Shown here: piece by piece, positions 21,957 to 33,700 of the stretch
How the letters are laid out: each line of letters begins with the position of its first letter
How positions within the stretch are numbered: position 1 is the stretch's first letter
Assembly: GCA_051942205.1 (NCBI GenBank)
Contig: JAVECO010000043.1
Span: forward strand, 1-64,000
Length of the DNA: 64,000 nt
Direction of reading: 5' to 3'
Source of the DNA: Coniocarpon cinnabarinum
Taxonomy: Eukaryota
Made by a program: the position numbers and the translations under genes
Notes under the pieces: model-generated
Databases searched by the model: none
Told to the model about the DNA's origin: nothing
Seen by the model: the letters and a program-made list of their open reading frames with translations, nothing else

Positions 21957-22516
21957 GGTGCTCTTTGGGTCCAGACAGAGTCATAAATTACTTGCGAAAA
22001 CCAATTAGTTTCATAGCGGTGTTCAAAGTCATACTGATTCCTTGGTCCATTAGCTGCGTAGTAGCAGTCAAATGTCCGACACGCTGGGTCATGCGGATGG
22101 CATGAGCGAAATAAAGATGTGCGCTGGTAACATCTGCCCCCAAACTGTTGCCTTGGTCGTTGCAAGTGAGATTGTGTTTCATAGGTCATAGTACGTCATG
22201 CTGACCATGATTGAGGACCTTGTTTATAACGTGCAAGTGCGACACAGCTGCACTCTAGAGCCAGGGGTCCTTTGCAGTCAGCATGTCCTAACTCTCATGG
22301 TTCTGCAGCGGAAAGGGGAAATGGTCAGAAAAAGCGTGCCTTGAGTGTCCAAGGCGAGCTGCATGTCCTCATAGTGAGATCGACCTGCTCAACGAGCCAA
22401 TTGAAAGCGCATGGACGTCCGCTAATGCTCTGGACCACTGGTGCTGCAGCATCGTGAGATCTTGAGAAATTGCCGAGCGTCTTGTCGATCGCTCACGCAG
22501 CCGATTGCATCACAAC

Positions 22517-23104
22517 TCAGCTCCCTCGATACGTCGACATTCCAAACTCACTGATCAGTAATGGGACATGCCAATGTGTTCGGCCCTTACCCAGGTCGCC
22601 CACATCCGTCCGAAACTTGACCTCCACGTCGCTCCACCAACTCTCTTCACTCAAATGGCCATCTGTCACGAAGACCAATCTCCACATCCAGCCCCCACCC
22701 TCACTGTTCATTTCCTCGAACAAGCTCTGCAAGTCGAACGCATTGCGTTCAGCTCCCTTCCAGGCAGTCACACGGCCATTAGAGTTAGTGAGGGCAGCCC
22801 AGGTGTGCTTGGGTTCCAGACCCCTGAGTTTGCTGTTTTGTGAAAGAGTGGTAGAGCTGTGAGAACCCAGGAACTCGAGTTTCACGGGCAAAGAAGCAGA
22901 GGGATTTCCAGTGGAAGTGTTGAGGACATGGGTCGTGATGGGATTGTCTCCGAATGAAGAGGACATGGAATGAGATGGAGGCTTGTCGTTACCAACAAGT
23001 GACGGGGTTATCTGGGTGTTTGATAGTGGGACTTTGGGTGGGGAAGGTGCTGAGGGATGATGGTGCTCAAGTCTTTCAGTCGAGGGATCAAGGATGAAGG
23101 ACAT
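22517..23104 (-). CDS. 5-hydroxyisourate hydrolase (transthyretin-like); alternative start at 22966
   Basis: NPITTHVLNTSTGNPSA, TNSNGRV, HWHVPLLISEFGMSTYRGS; the C-terminal YRGS is diagnostic of HIUase. Confidence 0.92.
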   Translation of the reverse strand: MSFILDPSTERLEHHHPSAPSPPKVPLSNTQITPSLVGNDKPPSHSMSSSFGDNPITTHVLNTSTGNPSASLPVKLEFLGSHSSTTLSQNSKLRGLEPKHTWAALTNSNGRVTAWKGAERNAFDLQSLFEEMNSEGGGWMWRLVFVTDGHLSEESWWSDVEVKFRTDVGDLGKGRTHWHVPLLISEFGMSTYRGS

Positions 23105-23530
23105 TTACAAGAGAGAGTAGCTTTAACTTCAGAGATCCATGCATGCAAGGATAAGTTCGCTTGCGTAAGGTCATGTAGTGTGGCAAACTGTTGCAACTTG
23201 TATGTATGGAGGCCACCTATTTATACTTGGAAGTACTGTGGCACACCTTCTAGGTCTAGACGAGTCGAGGAGATGCATTGATAGGTCTGGAATGACCCTG
23301 ATTCACACGACTCATTGGAACCCTGCCAACATGCCCTGGTGACGTCGCCATTGACCATCGTGGGGCATGACATCACCTTGCAATTCTTCACGACACACGA
23401 CATCTCTACGGCTAATATATACTCAGGAGCGATCCACTCCTGCTGTCTACATCGTGATTGAGCTCTCAGATCCTCAAGAAATCCTCCTTCAGTTCGACGC
23501 AAAGACAAAACGACAAACCAACCATCCAAA

Positions 23531-24197
23531 ATGTCTTCAGGCCAAGTCCCCGGCTACGAAAACACCGACCCCAACACCATCGCCAAGCAAGCCGAGCAAG
23601 ACCTAAACTCGTACGAAGCGAAGCAAGGCCACCATGGCCCCGGCCACGCAGGCGTAGGCGCCTCCGACACCAGTGCGTGAATCTCAGTCCCCATCCAAAG
23701 CCCCATCACTAACGTCTTGCCTTGCAGCCGCCGACTCCGGCATCGACGCCCGAGCAGCTGCGCGCTTCCCCGGCGGCACCGTCCAATACGGCTCAGCTGC
23801 CTCCGGCGCGGGCAACAACCGGGACATCCCTCCTGAGGAAGGCGGTGGTATTAATCCAGAGACGGGACGGTACGTCTCTTCACCTTTGAGCCCCCATTCG
23901 CCTGTCCTCAAAAACCGCCCTCGTTCTACTCTTCACTGAGACGCTGGACCCTCCTTGATCTCTCTTCAGATACCCTCCACACCCTCGAACCATCTCTACT
24001 GATCTCACTATTCTGGGTGATGCACACGTCCCTGATTCGAATGTAAAGCTAACGAAGATGATAGCACGACCAAAGCAGGCGACTTCGAAGGCATCGGCGG
24101 CCCCGAAGATAAAATGGGAGCCCGTGAGGTCGCGAGACCGGGTGATCAGGATGTGCAAGGCAACGTGCGACAAGGGACAGAGACACGACGGCCTTGA
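23531..24197 (+). CDS. Small hydrophilic Gly-rich fungal protein (hydrophilin-like, possibly stress or spore related); exons 23531-23672, 23728-23869, 24065-24197
   Basis: Spliced: MSSGQVPGYENTDPNTIAKQAEQDLNSYEAKQG...DSGIDARAAARFPGGTVQYGSAASGAGNNRDIPPEEGG...AGDFEGIGGPEDK...; both introns are GT-AG with CTAAC branch points. The ORF track misses it as a unit. Confidence 0.85.
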
Positions 24198-25646
24198 AGT
24201 AGCGTGGTAGATCCCTCTACCAAGGGGCAAGCAGCGTTGAGCGAGGAATGGCTCAGAACGCTAAGGCTAGTTTCTAGCGTGAGCGCGACGTCGTTGAATA
24301 TGCGAGGAAACATCGTTCATCAGCTGTGATGCGCTATTCGTGGTCCGAAGTGCCCGTAGCATAGAACAGCTTAGCAATGAAGAAATCATTGTAGATACCG
24401 AGAGCATGCGTGTGTAACGCGAGTTCTTGACCGCGACTAGGGCGGGGCTGCAATCGTGAGTAGTACAGTCTTGTTCTAATTCCTTCATTCTGGAGGGACA
24501 TATCGATACGCGCTGTAGCAAGGAAAATATAGCTCGTACAGCATGCACCAATCTTGCTCAAGCCTGACGGAGCCTCAAAACAGCAAACTCCATGTGCGTG
24601 TCTTCTTGTGTAAAGTGCTACTGTCTACGTTGCAGCTGTGTAGTCAAGGGCAGTCAAGGCTAGTCATGCTATAAAAGTTCTACGTCCTGCTAAAGCAAGG
24701 CAAAGCATCGACAGACGCTCACTGATAAACAGGCAAGCTCAGGAGTAGCCAAGATCCTAAAGCCGAACAAGACACTAGTGATTTAAGTAAACGTTCTTGC
24801 AATTCAATACTACAACCACCTTTCACTCCTTCGAAGAATGCGAAGTCCTGCATCCAGTTTCCACCAACGCCATGCTAACACACATACACCGCCCGCATAC
24901 AAGGAAAATTAGGATCAGTCTGTTCCTATTCGAGTGCTAAGATGCACAATGCCCGTTGAGAATAATATTTCCGTTGAGCATAGGTCGTGTGTCGGTAGCT
25001 CATTTGATCGTGCAAGTCGTTCTCGTATGGAATGTATACTAATGCAGTCATGTTGATGTTGAAGTCAATTGGTCCTTTCATGCTTTCTACAGATGGTCTA
25101 GCGAGACGTGCATGATAAGCAGGCGACTGAATCCATGTGTCAGTGATGAGTCGTAATGCATTCATCGACCCTGGCGTCCGAAGTCATACAAACGTCAAGC
25201 AAATCTTGGTTCCGGTGGCAAAAGGGCCGGTGAGCTATTTTAAGAATACTCGTTTGCTGGAGACTGTGGAGGCTGCTGAAATTGGATGCCGTCCATGCTC
25301 TCACTTTGGTCGGAATCATGAGTGCAGTTAGGTGAGCGTTGAGCAACATTATTCCATGAGTTGCCACGGCTCTGATCATAAGACGCTTCAAGGCCTCTCG
25401 GGGTCAGAATTGGGGAGCAGTCACGCTTTACATCGTATCGCAATGGGCCGAAGCTGACCTCTACGGACTGACCAGTGTAGAATTCACTAAGGGGAAACCC
25501 CATCTGCTCTAGCTGCGCCCGGGAGGTGATTGGCTTGCCGCTGGCGTCTGTGGGTAGATGGTCTCTGATGTTCGAACAATATAGTCTATTGATTTAACTT
25601 CCGGTAGTTAATATCGGCTTGACCGCATATGAATTTCGTAATGTAA

Positions 25647-27472
25647 TTACCTGCGCTGTACACTCTGTGCCATTTGGGGCATCTGCATTCCACCAGCCAT
25701 AGCAAAGGCGCCGTTACTGCTCTCCAAACTACCCATATACTGTGCCATCGCGGCACCGCCGAGACCCTGTGAGTGGCTAACTGGACAATCTTTATGCGCC
25801 AACAACAATGTCTTGAGGTTGATGATCTCCTCTCTCAGCTGACTGCATTGCGTAGACAAGGCGTCATTTTCTTGTGTGAAGATTTCGACCTTGGTCTGCA
25901 GATTTGCCAGCCACTGCTTCTTGCGCTGACGACATTTGAGAGCAGCGACACGATTTCGCTCCAGAAAATTCTTACGCTTCTCCTCATCAGTCATCTTCCG
26001 TCCATTAGGACCAGTTTGGCCAGCTTCATCCTTAATGTCCATGTCGTCGTCGTCGAAATCTTCCATGTCAGGCGATGTTGGCATTCCATTATTTCCACGG
26101 CTCCGCTTTTTGGGAGGAACCTTGGCAGGGGTCTCGTCAGTCTTGCGTCGGCCATTGGCAGGCTGACCGGCCTTCGACGCTGAGCCTTTCTTGCCTTTAG
26201 ATCGACCAGAGGGTTTCTCATCTTCGCCATCGTCATCATCTTCATTGCCACCGCTCATGTCCATAGAACCGTTGTTGCGATGCTGTGTGGGCGACTGTTG
26301 CTGCTGTTGGGCGTTCATCTGCTGTTGCTGTAGTGCGGCATTCATGTTCGGTTGTTGATTTTGCAAGGCAAATTGATTAGCGTTGGCACCCTGACGGGCA
26401 CCAGGTTGGGCCAGCATATACAGGCTGTTGACAGCTTCCGACTCCTGAGGTGTGTTGCCGAAAGGCTCGCGTGATGTTTGTTGTGCAGGCTGATACTCAG
26501 CCTTGCTAACTCCGTTGGCGCCGGGCATTGACTGTTCGGAAGACTTGCGAGCCGCGGCAGCAGCAGCGCGTTGGAATTCGGCCGTGCCTGGCGTTGGTTG
26601 ACCGCCGTTGAGGTTGTTGAAGAGCGCTTGAGTATTTGGTGAGGGCGCCGGGAACATAGACCCGCCGCCACCAGGTGTTAAGCCCGTTCGAAGTGAAGAC
26701 TCGTTGGGAGTGGGGTAATTATTCCTGAACTCTTGATCAAAGTAGCCAGTGCTGTTATTGATGGGACCTTGAAGCATAGCCGGGCTGAGCGGCCCTGAAC
26801 GCAAGGAGTCCGAGCGTAGAGAGTTTTGCCAATTAGGTGTCCCACCTGGACCTAGAGGCGCTGGTGAGGTGAGTGAAGCTACTGGCGGCAGTCCACCACC
26901 CTTGCCTGAGGTCTCTCCCGAGGAAGGGTTCCCAAATGACTGCTCGAATGGATTTGGCTCGAGAGAGAAATGTGAACTGTTATGACTGGCGCCAAAATAA
27001 TCTGGAGTCTGCGACGGCTGCTGAGGATCCTGCTGTGATGGCTTCGGAGGAGGCGCAAGAGGCTGTACTGTCGTTGAGGGTTTATCGTCCCTTTCGTTCT
27101 TCACGGCGGCAGACGACGTCGTTGTTTCTGATCAAGCCAGTCAGCGCGAGTCAATGCTATGTGGTAGGGACGAGAGCGGCGGCGACGTCATCGTTCCACA
27201 GGGGCCAAATGGTAATAGACCTACTCGAATCTGGCTGTGACGCAGCTGAGGTCGTAGCTTCTACATTGTTGACGAAGAAATGTCAGCATGATTGAATGAG
27301 GTATGGGGGACGTTTTCGGCGAGCGAGAGGAGAAAAAAGAGCTGCAACTCGTTGTGAGACGCTAATGCTCAAGTAATTGCGCCAGGGTTATAAAGCAGGT
27401 GCGTTGGGAATAGCACGTCGACGAACCTTGAGAAGTGTTGAGTGGGCGCTTGGAGTCGGTGTCAGAAGACAT
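25647..27472 (-). CDS. ATF1: bZIP transcription factor Atf1/AtfA; exons 27472-27427, 27260-27225, 27127-25647 (possible extra 3' exon)
   Basis: LEPNPFEQSF, LRSGPLSPAMLQGP and LRTGLTPGGGGSMFP motifs plus the bZIP EEKRKNFLERNRVAALKCRQRKKQWLANLQ...LLLAHKDCPV. Two GT-AG introns link an upstream ATG in frame. Confidence 0.95.
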
Positions 27473-28837
27473 GGTGGAAGCGTCGACCGCAGAGTGACGT
27501 TGGCGAATTTGGGTCAATGGGAGACTGGGAGCGACTGATGACGTAGCGGGTCTGTCAGAGCAGGAACCAGCGGTGCAGATAACCGTCGGCGCTGCTCCGC
27601 TCTCGATTTAGACTCGCGTCGGCCAGAGGATGCTGACCAATCACGGTGCAGCTCCTGGAGAGATCCCTCGATCGCGGTGCGCAGGTCACGGGACCGCGCC
27701 CAGAGCTTCAAAGAGCCGAAGCCCAACCTGCCCAAACAGATCAGATTAGTAAGGGCGCTCGGCTCAGTCATGGCGAGACGCTGCTCCAGCAGTGCGAGGC
27801 CGTTGTCGAGGGAAATGTCGACCATGCGTGGACGGTGCGCGGCGGAGAGTGCGCGTGCTGAAGGTTCGCGCTGTCTCGAAAGATGCATCGTCGTTGTGCA
27901 AACGCGCATGCGAAGCCGTGGAGAGACTGGAGAGCGCGAGCAGTGGGTAGGCGTGGGAGCAACTCACCTTCTCCGCACCTGCTGCTGGCGAAGAGATTTC
28001 ACCCCTTCCACCGTCCACAATGCGCGACGACAATAGTGCCTGGTGAGCGCGCATGGTTAGCGGTCGCCCACGCCAATGTCTGGGTGCGGTCACTGGTTGC
28101 TGATGTGTTGCGTCATGTGCATGTGGATGGATGGATTGGGGAGAGAGGGCGCGCATTGCCAATTGCCAGGGGGCAAGGACACGCGCGCAGCAATTGCGAG
28201 GGGTGCAGCAGCAAATAGGCGTCGATCGAGGTGCAGACAGGCCTATTGCTTTGTGCTGCGTGAAACACAAGAGGAGCACTGACCTTGGCTGGGGGCTGGT
28301 CTGCAGAGGATTGTTCGTGGCTTACCAGTAACGACGTCAGTGGTTTTCGTCATAGGTAAGTTGATGGAATTGGGAGAAGGGAAGAGGATATGATGTAGTT
28401 CCGCCTCATGCGGCTGCGCTTGCGTGGCAGGAGCTAGCGTTCATCACAACTGTCCTCTTCCAGCAATTTCTAAGCAATGTGGGAGGCGCCGACGCCGAAG
28501 CCGAGGTCACGCCTTATAATCACGTGACATCAAAAAGTAATGCATGCACCGTCTTTGCCTTTACCTTCGTACTCTGATGCCGGGCATTTCATGGCGGGTG
28601 CTGCACAAATACTTTATAGTGGCTCCGTCATGTTATAGATACGTCGCGAGACAACAGTTTCAGTCAGAACGACGATCGTTTTACATGGTAGTCTCAGTCT
28701 CAACATGGACAGGTGGTCGCCTCACACAACGCTGTTAATTCTGTTTTCTTTACATTTGAAGAAAGGCTGCTACTTGCTCAACAGCAATGGCCAATCCAGC
28801 ATATGTTCGTAAGCAAAGCCACAGGCACGGATCAAGC

Positions 28838-28845
28838 TGACGTCA
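28838..28845. promoter_or_regulatory. Perfect CRE palindrome TGACGTCA in the ATF1/EthD divergent intergenic region
   Basis: Read directly; CRE is the established Atf1/CREB binding site. Function here is untested. Confidence 0.45.
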
Positions 28846-29000
28846 AATGGCGCAATAAGCTCTACAGATAAGCTCTGAAATGTCCAAAGCATCCATGCAT
28901 GTATTCCTTCCTCCTTGTGTTTACTGTGAGAAGTCTGCAAAGACCTTAATGGGCTCCAAAGGTTGAAACAGAGCATTCGCATTGCACGACGAGCTCCAAC

Positions 29001-29495
29001 ATGCTGTATCATATTATCGTTACCATGAAGCGCAACCCCGCTCTGTCAAAGGAAGAGTTTGATAGGTAGTATGGTTTCTTTTCCTCCTGCACAGCGGCGA
29101 AGGGGCCCAGGATCATGTTCTAGTGACAAACGCCTATCAAGAGATTACGAAGTGCCGTGCTGACGGCAAATTCCAGCTGGTCCGAAACCCATGGGCCTCT
29201 TTTCATGCGAAACCCGGTCGCGCCTAAACTTCTCGTCAAGTACACACAGACCCATCTAGACGAAACTGGCAATCAACAATTCGCCGCAGCCGGGTTCACA
29301 CCGCCATCAGACTGTGACGGTGTCGTCAACTTCTGGTTCCGAAGCTTGGAAGACGCCCATGAATTGCTGGATTCTCAGTACTATCGTGAGGTCGTGGTGC
29401 CAGACGAGGAGAAGATGATGGACCGAAGCAAGACGCGTCTGGTTGTCTGTCGAGACGAAGATCACTTCGTTGGTGGGGAAGCGGGTTCGTCTTAG
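29001..29495 (+). CDS. EthD-domain (dimeric alpha/beta barrel) protein; exons 29001-29065, 29177-29495
   Basis: MLYHIIVTMKRNPALSKEEFD/SWSETHGPL...KYTQTH...DGVVNFWFRSLED...YYREVVVPDEEKMMD fits the EthD pattern; GT-AG intron. Confidence 0.88.
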
Positions 29496-29543
29496 CATGT
29501 TGATTAATGATTTATATGGCGCGGTCTGATCTTGAAGAGATCC

Positions 29544-30411
29544 TCATCTGCTCATCTTGCTCTCCAACTCCTCCACCCTCGCTTTTACCTTTTCCCTCAG
29601 ATACTTGCTCAGCCCCAAGACGCCATCTCTGGTGACCGTTCTATACGTACCACTCCGTTGATATCGCCCCGTGCCGTCTACAAACTCGCCATTCCCAGTG
29701 ACCTCCAAGCTTCCAAAGATATCTTCAGGCCATGCTACTCTTCCCCAGTCCGGAGGATTGCGTTCATCACTCACATGTATAAAGCCAGACGCACCACCCG
29801 ATCCCATCCCGCCTTGAACACTACCACTGCCAGCACCACTCTGACCGGGAGGAACAGGCTTAGCACCACCACCAGGAGAACCCGAAGTAGGATGAGTCGC
29901 AGGGCGCGCCGTGGGGCTCGAAGTCGAAGTGCCTATAGTGTCCGTAACTCCGCGCCGTGTCCGCTTATCCTGAGCTGATGTGCCCTTTCGCTGCTGGCCT
30001 CGAAAGAGCGCGCCTCCACTTCCTAGGCCAGCGCCACCTTGACTTGCAAACGCAGCTGCCTGAGCTTTGACGCTTGGATCTTCATGTGCGTATTCCGCGA
30101 TCGTATCGTGCAGGAGATCGAGGAATGTAGGATTCTCTGTGGTGGAGTCTGGTGTCGGAGGGTTCGCGGTGGAAGAAGCGATGGCGATGTCTGATTTAGG
30201 AGGGGCGCTTGGGAGTAGCGAAAGGAGATATGACTTCGAGTTCTCGGGATTGTTGTGTACGTACTGAAGAAACCATAAGCGAAGCGTAATGACACGTTCA
30301 GATCAGAGAACATACGATATGTGGGCTGGTTGGTAGAGTAGACACAGTACGGGCGAGGCGGGTGGTTGAGAAGAAGAGGTGGCTGCGTGGAGCGCGTGAG
30401 ATAGCGAGCAT
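29544..30411 (-). CDS. Uncharacterised fungal protein with a mitochondrial-presequence-like N-terminus; exons 30411-30316, 30263-29544
   Basis: MLAISRAPRSHLFFSTTRLARTVSTLPTSPHI/YVHNNPENSKSYLLSLL...GFIHVSDERNPPDWGRVAWPEDIFGSLEV...YRTVTRDGVLGLS; a 52-nt GT-AG intron joins the exons in frame. Confidence 0.85.
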
Positions 30412-30742
30412 GACCAAGAATTTATCAACAAGAGGGTGTACAAGCAAGTCGACGATCAATGTGAATACGTCGAGTTTTGCTATTACACTCTAGCAGCGAA
30501 GGCAAGGTATTGTAAATCTACATAGCAATATAGATGAAACATTTTAACGCCAAGAGCATCCTTGCTAGCGTCATACAAAAGTACTTCCACAAAACAGGAA
30601 CTTTTCGTGCTACCAATCGTACAAGCCAATGCATAGCAATCGGCAATTTCAAGACCCACGTATATCCCTGTTGGCATTCGCTGGCGGACGGCAAAGTCGT
30701 GCGCTGAGTAAGCGTCCGCGGCGTGCAGCAGCAGCCAAGCTC

Positions 30743-33700
30743 CTAATATCGTCGAGGGGCTTGCTGCTGCTGTTGCTTCATGAATAATGTCTTGAATCCG
30801 TTCTTCAAAGCCCGCATGTCAGGGTATGGATTCTTTTGGAGCTCGAAGGCGTTGGGGATGACCTTGATGGGCCAAGCTTGATGCTTGGCTTGCTGGCTGG
30901 GTTTGAAGCAGAGGTAAAAGTAACCAGGATACTGTGGGTTGATGCAGAAGGCATACATTGATCGCTTCGGGTTAGCCTCCATGTAGGCGCTGAGCCATTG
31001 TTCTGTAGTAAGGAATGTCAGTCGGTGTCTGAACACCATCAACGCAGATGCGGTGCACTTACCAGCTTGTGTCTTGCTGCCACGTTGAAATCGTTCATCA
31101 GCAGTAATCTCGTCCACTTTCTTCGCCATAGACTTGACGTGCACAGCAATCAATTCATCCAAGTCGCTGTAGGTGTACCTTCCTGCGATCTTCAGTGTTT
31201 TGCCAACGCTGAACTCATTTTCCTTGTCCAGCTCGAGGACATCAATGTGTTGGAAAACGTTTTCGGAAACTTTCCAGGTGACAGCCAGATGATCCATGCC
31301 ATTCGAAGAAGGTCGAATGACAACGTCTCCCCGATTCTGCGGACCCAGGAATTCTTCCGCTTGAGCTGAGTTGAATGGTCTAAACAGTGGATGCTTGATG
31401 ACACGCTGCGGTCTTCCTGTCACATTTTCCTTCTCTCTGGCTGCTTCGCGTCGGTCTGCTTCCTCCTGTGTGAAGTCCCATTCTCCTGGGGCTCGTTCTA
31501 TATCTTTTTTGTAGGGTAGTCGCAAGGTGTCCTCTCTTGCGGACAACTGTGCAGTCAGTCTTCTCCGGTCAAGAGCGGTAATTTTGCCTTGTATTGTCGA
31601 ATGGGGCTTGAACGCCACTCGCGGATCAGTGCCACTGCTCGCACCGACGCCAGAAGGGTACTCTCCTTCTGGGATGGCGCCATCAATGCCGCAATCAAGT
31701 TTGCACTCAACATGGTCAGGAAAAGCCTTGCGAATTGTAATAGGGATGACCATGCCCTCACAGATGGAATCCCTTGTCTCACCGGTCAGCATGGTGAAGA
31801 TTTCGTCATACGTAGGAGGTGTGAACTCGTGTCGAAGCTCTTCATAGGGGTCAGCCAACTCTGCTCGAATCGTTTCAAGAGTCGCCCTCTTCCGTTGAAG
31901 CATCTTCTCCTCGATCTGTTCGGCGTAGCGCTCCAGCTCCAGACTGTTGACGTCGTTTTCCCGTCCCTCTTTGACCATCTTTCGTAAGACCGCATATTCG
32001 CCGTACTCTTCTCGCTCTTGCTGGATATCCTCCTCATCAAGATCCATAGCATCCGCTGCCATTTTGTTGGCGAGCTCATAGTCGTCGGGATGCGCTCGGG
32101 TGTTGTCCAAGTAGTTGAGACCACTTTCTGTGAGGTCATACTTGATGAAGAGAAAGCTTGCACAGTTTTCAAACACTGTCGGAGTGACAGCCGCGGCTTT
32201 GCCCTCCTCTTCGTTGCCAATCAGCTCTAGTCTTGTGTTGACCTGTCCACCTTGCCGGTTGATGACCTGAATCATGTATGCCGCTTTGCGAGGACCCAGA
32301 CCACAGATGTAGGATAATAGATTAGCCGTATACGTATCGTTCACAGCCTCATTCAGGTCAACACCGGTTAGGTTGACAATGTCAATGATGGCAGACTCGA
32401 GATATTTCATTAATTTGGTGGTGGGCACCAAGCTCTGATGAGGATCAAATGAAATGGACAAAATGTCTCTTCCGAGCGCGGCGTATTCCTTGATGGGACT
32501 TTGTAGATATCGCGCAAGGGCAACACAATACCTGGATCCTGCACTCAATGTTGGAAACTCGGATTGAGCGCGCTCACTCGTGTAGTAGAGACGGGCGACC
32601 TCATCGTTGACAATTTGGACTTCAAGAAGCTTGTCGTTATCATCAGGGCGATCAAGATCGTCATCGTCGTCGACAGCTTGTGTACTTTTAATATTAAACT
32701 TCGCGATGATTTCTTGTACGTTCTTATATAATGATCTTGTCTCAGGGGAGAAGCCAGATATGCCAATGATGTCGGGTCTGTGTTGCTCGAACATTTTGAC
32801 AATTCCTGCGACGTCTTCGCCATCAGGCAGCGCTTTTTCCTCGCTGCCGAGCCGTAATTCCGAGAGCGTGAATTGTTTACTTTCAGTGACACGACCATCT
32901 TCTTCCATCCAAATGGCGTTGACAATGCCAGCTCGAGGATTTTTGGCATCATTGTGCAAGGTCAACACGCGAGGAACCACACCTGCATCCATTCCCCTTG
33001 GTTGGTAAGGAGCTTGGTCCAATTTTTCAAGGTACTTCTCACGACACCGGCTGCTAATCACGTTCTCGCATTCGGTCTTGAGACTCTCTTTGACCCCTTT
33101 CACGATGATCTTGTCCAGTCTTGCCAGAGCTACATCAATAACTTCGCGGCGCTCAACGTTCCAAGCGTCAGCAATCTCGCTGAAATTGTCAGACTCCAGG
33201 CTTTCACGCAGGCGCTTGCGAAGGCTCTCTTTCTGACCAAGACCGAACCGAAGTTCTACAAGACCATCAGCTTCAGCTTTGAGCATGCGAAGGAAGAGTT
33301 CAGGCCGTCGGGCCATTGCTGACATGTTCTGATGTCGTAGATATTTGAATTCGTAGGCGGGGTTGTCTTCATCAATTTGTTTCAGGCCTTTTGGTGTGCG
33401 GATGCAGTCAAAATGCCCCGTCATATAGTATTCGCGTCGCAAGAGCTTCCTCATCCGAGGATTCATGGCAAGCTCTTCCGCAAAGGTCGCTTTGGCCGCG
33501 CGGAATACTTGCAGCCCTGTAGGAAACGAGTCTCCATCCACAAATGAATCGGCCATATCAATGGGTCTCTTATCGGGATCTTCGATATAGGCGCGCTGAG
33601 TGTCATCGAGCATGATGCCGGCAAAACTATCCGCAGTGATACCAAAGCCACTGACAACGTTATATGCCGGAGCAGCGCGTGCTCTTTCGAAAATACTAGC

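Noticed and set aside
23040..23104. PTS2 peroxisomal signal in the HIU hydrolase N-terminal extension
   Set aside because: The RL and HL residues are not at RLx5HL spacing in any single frame.
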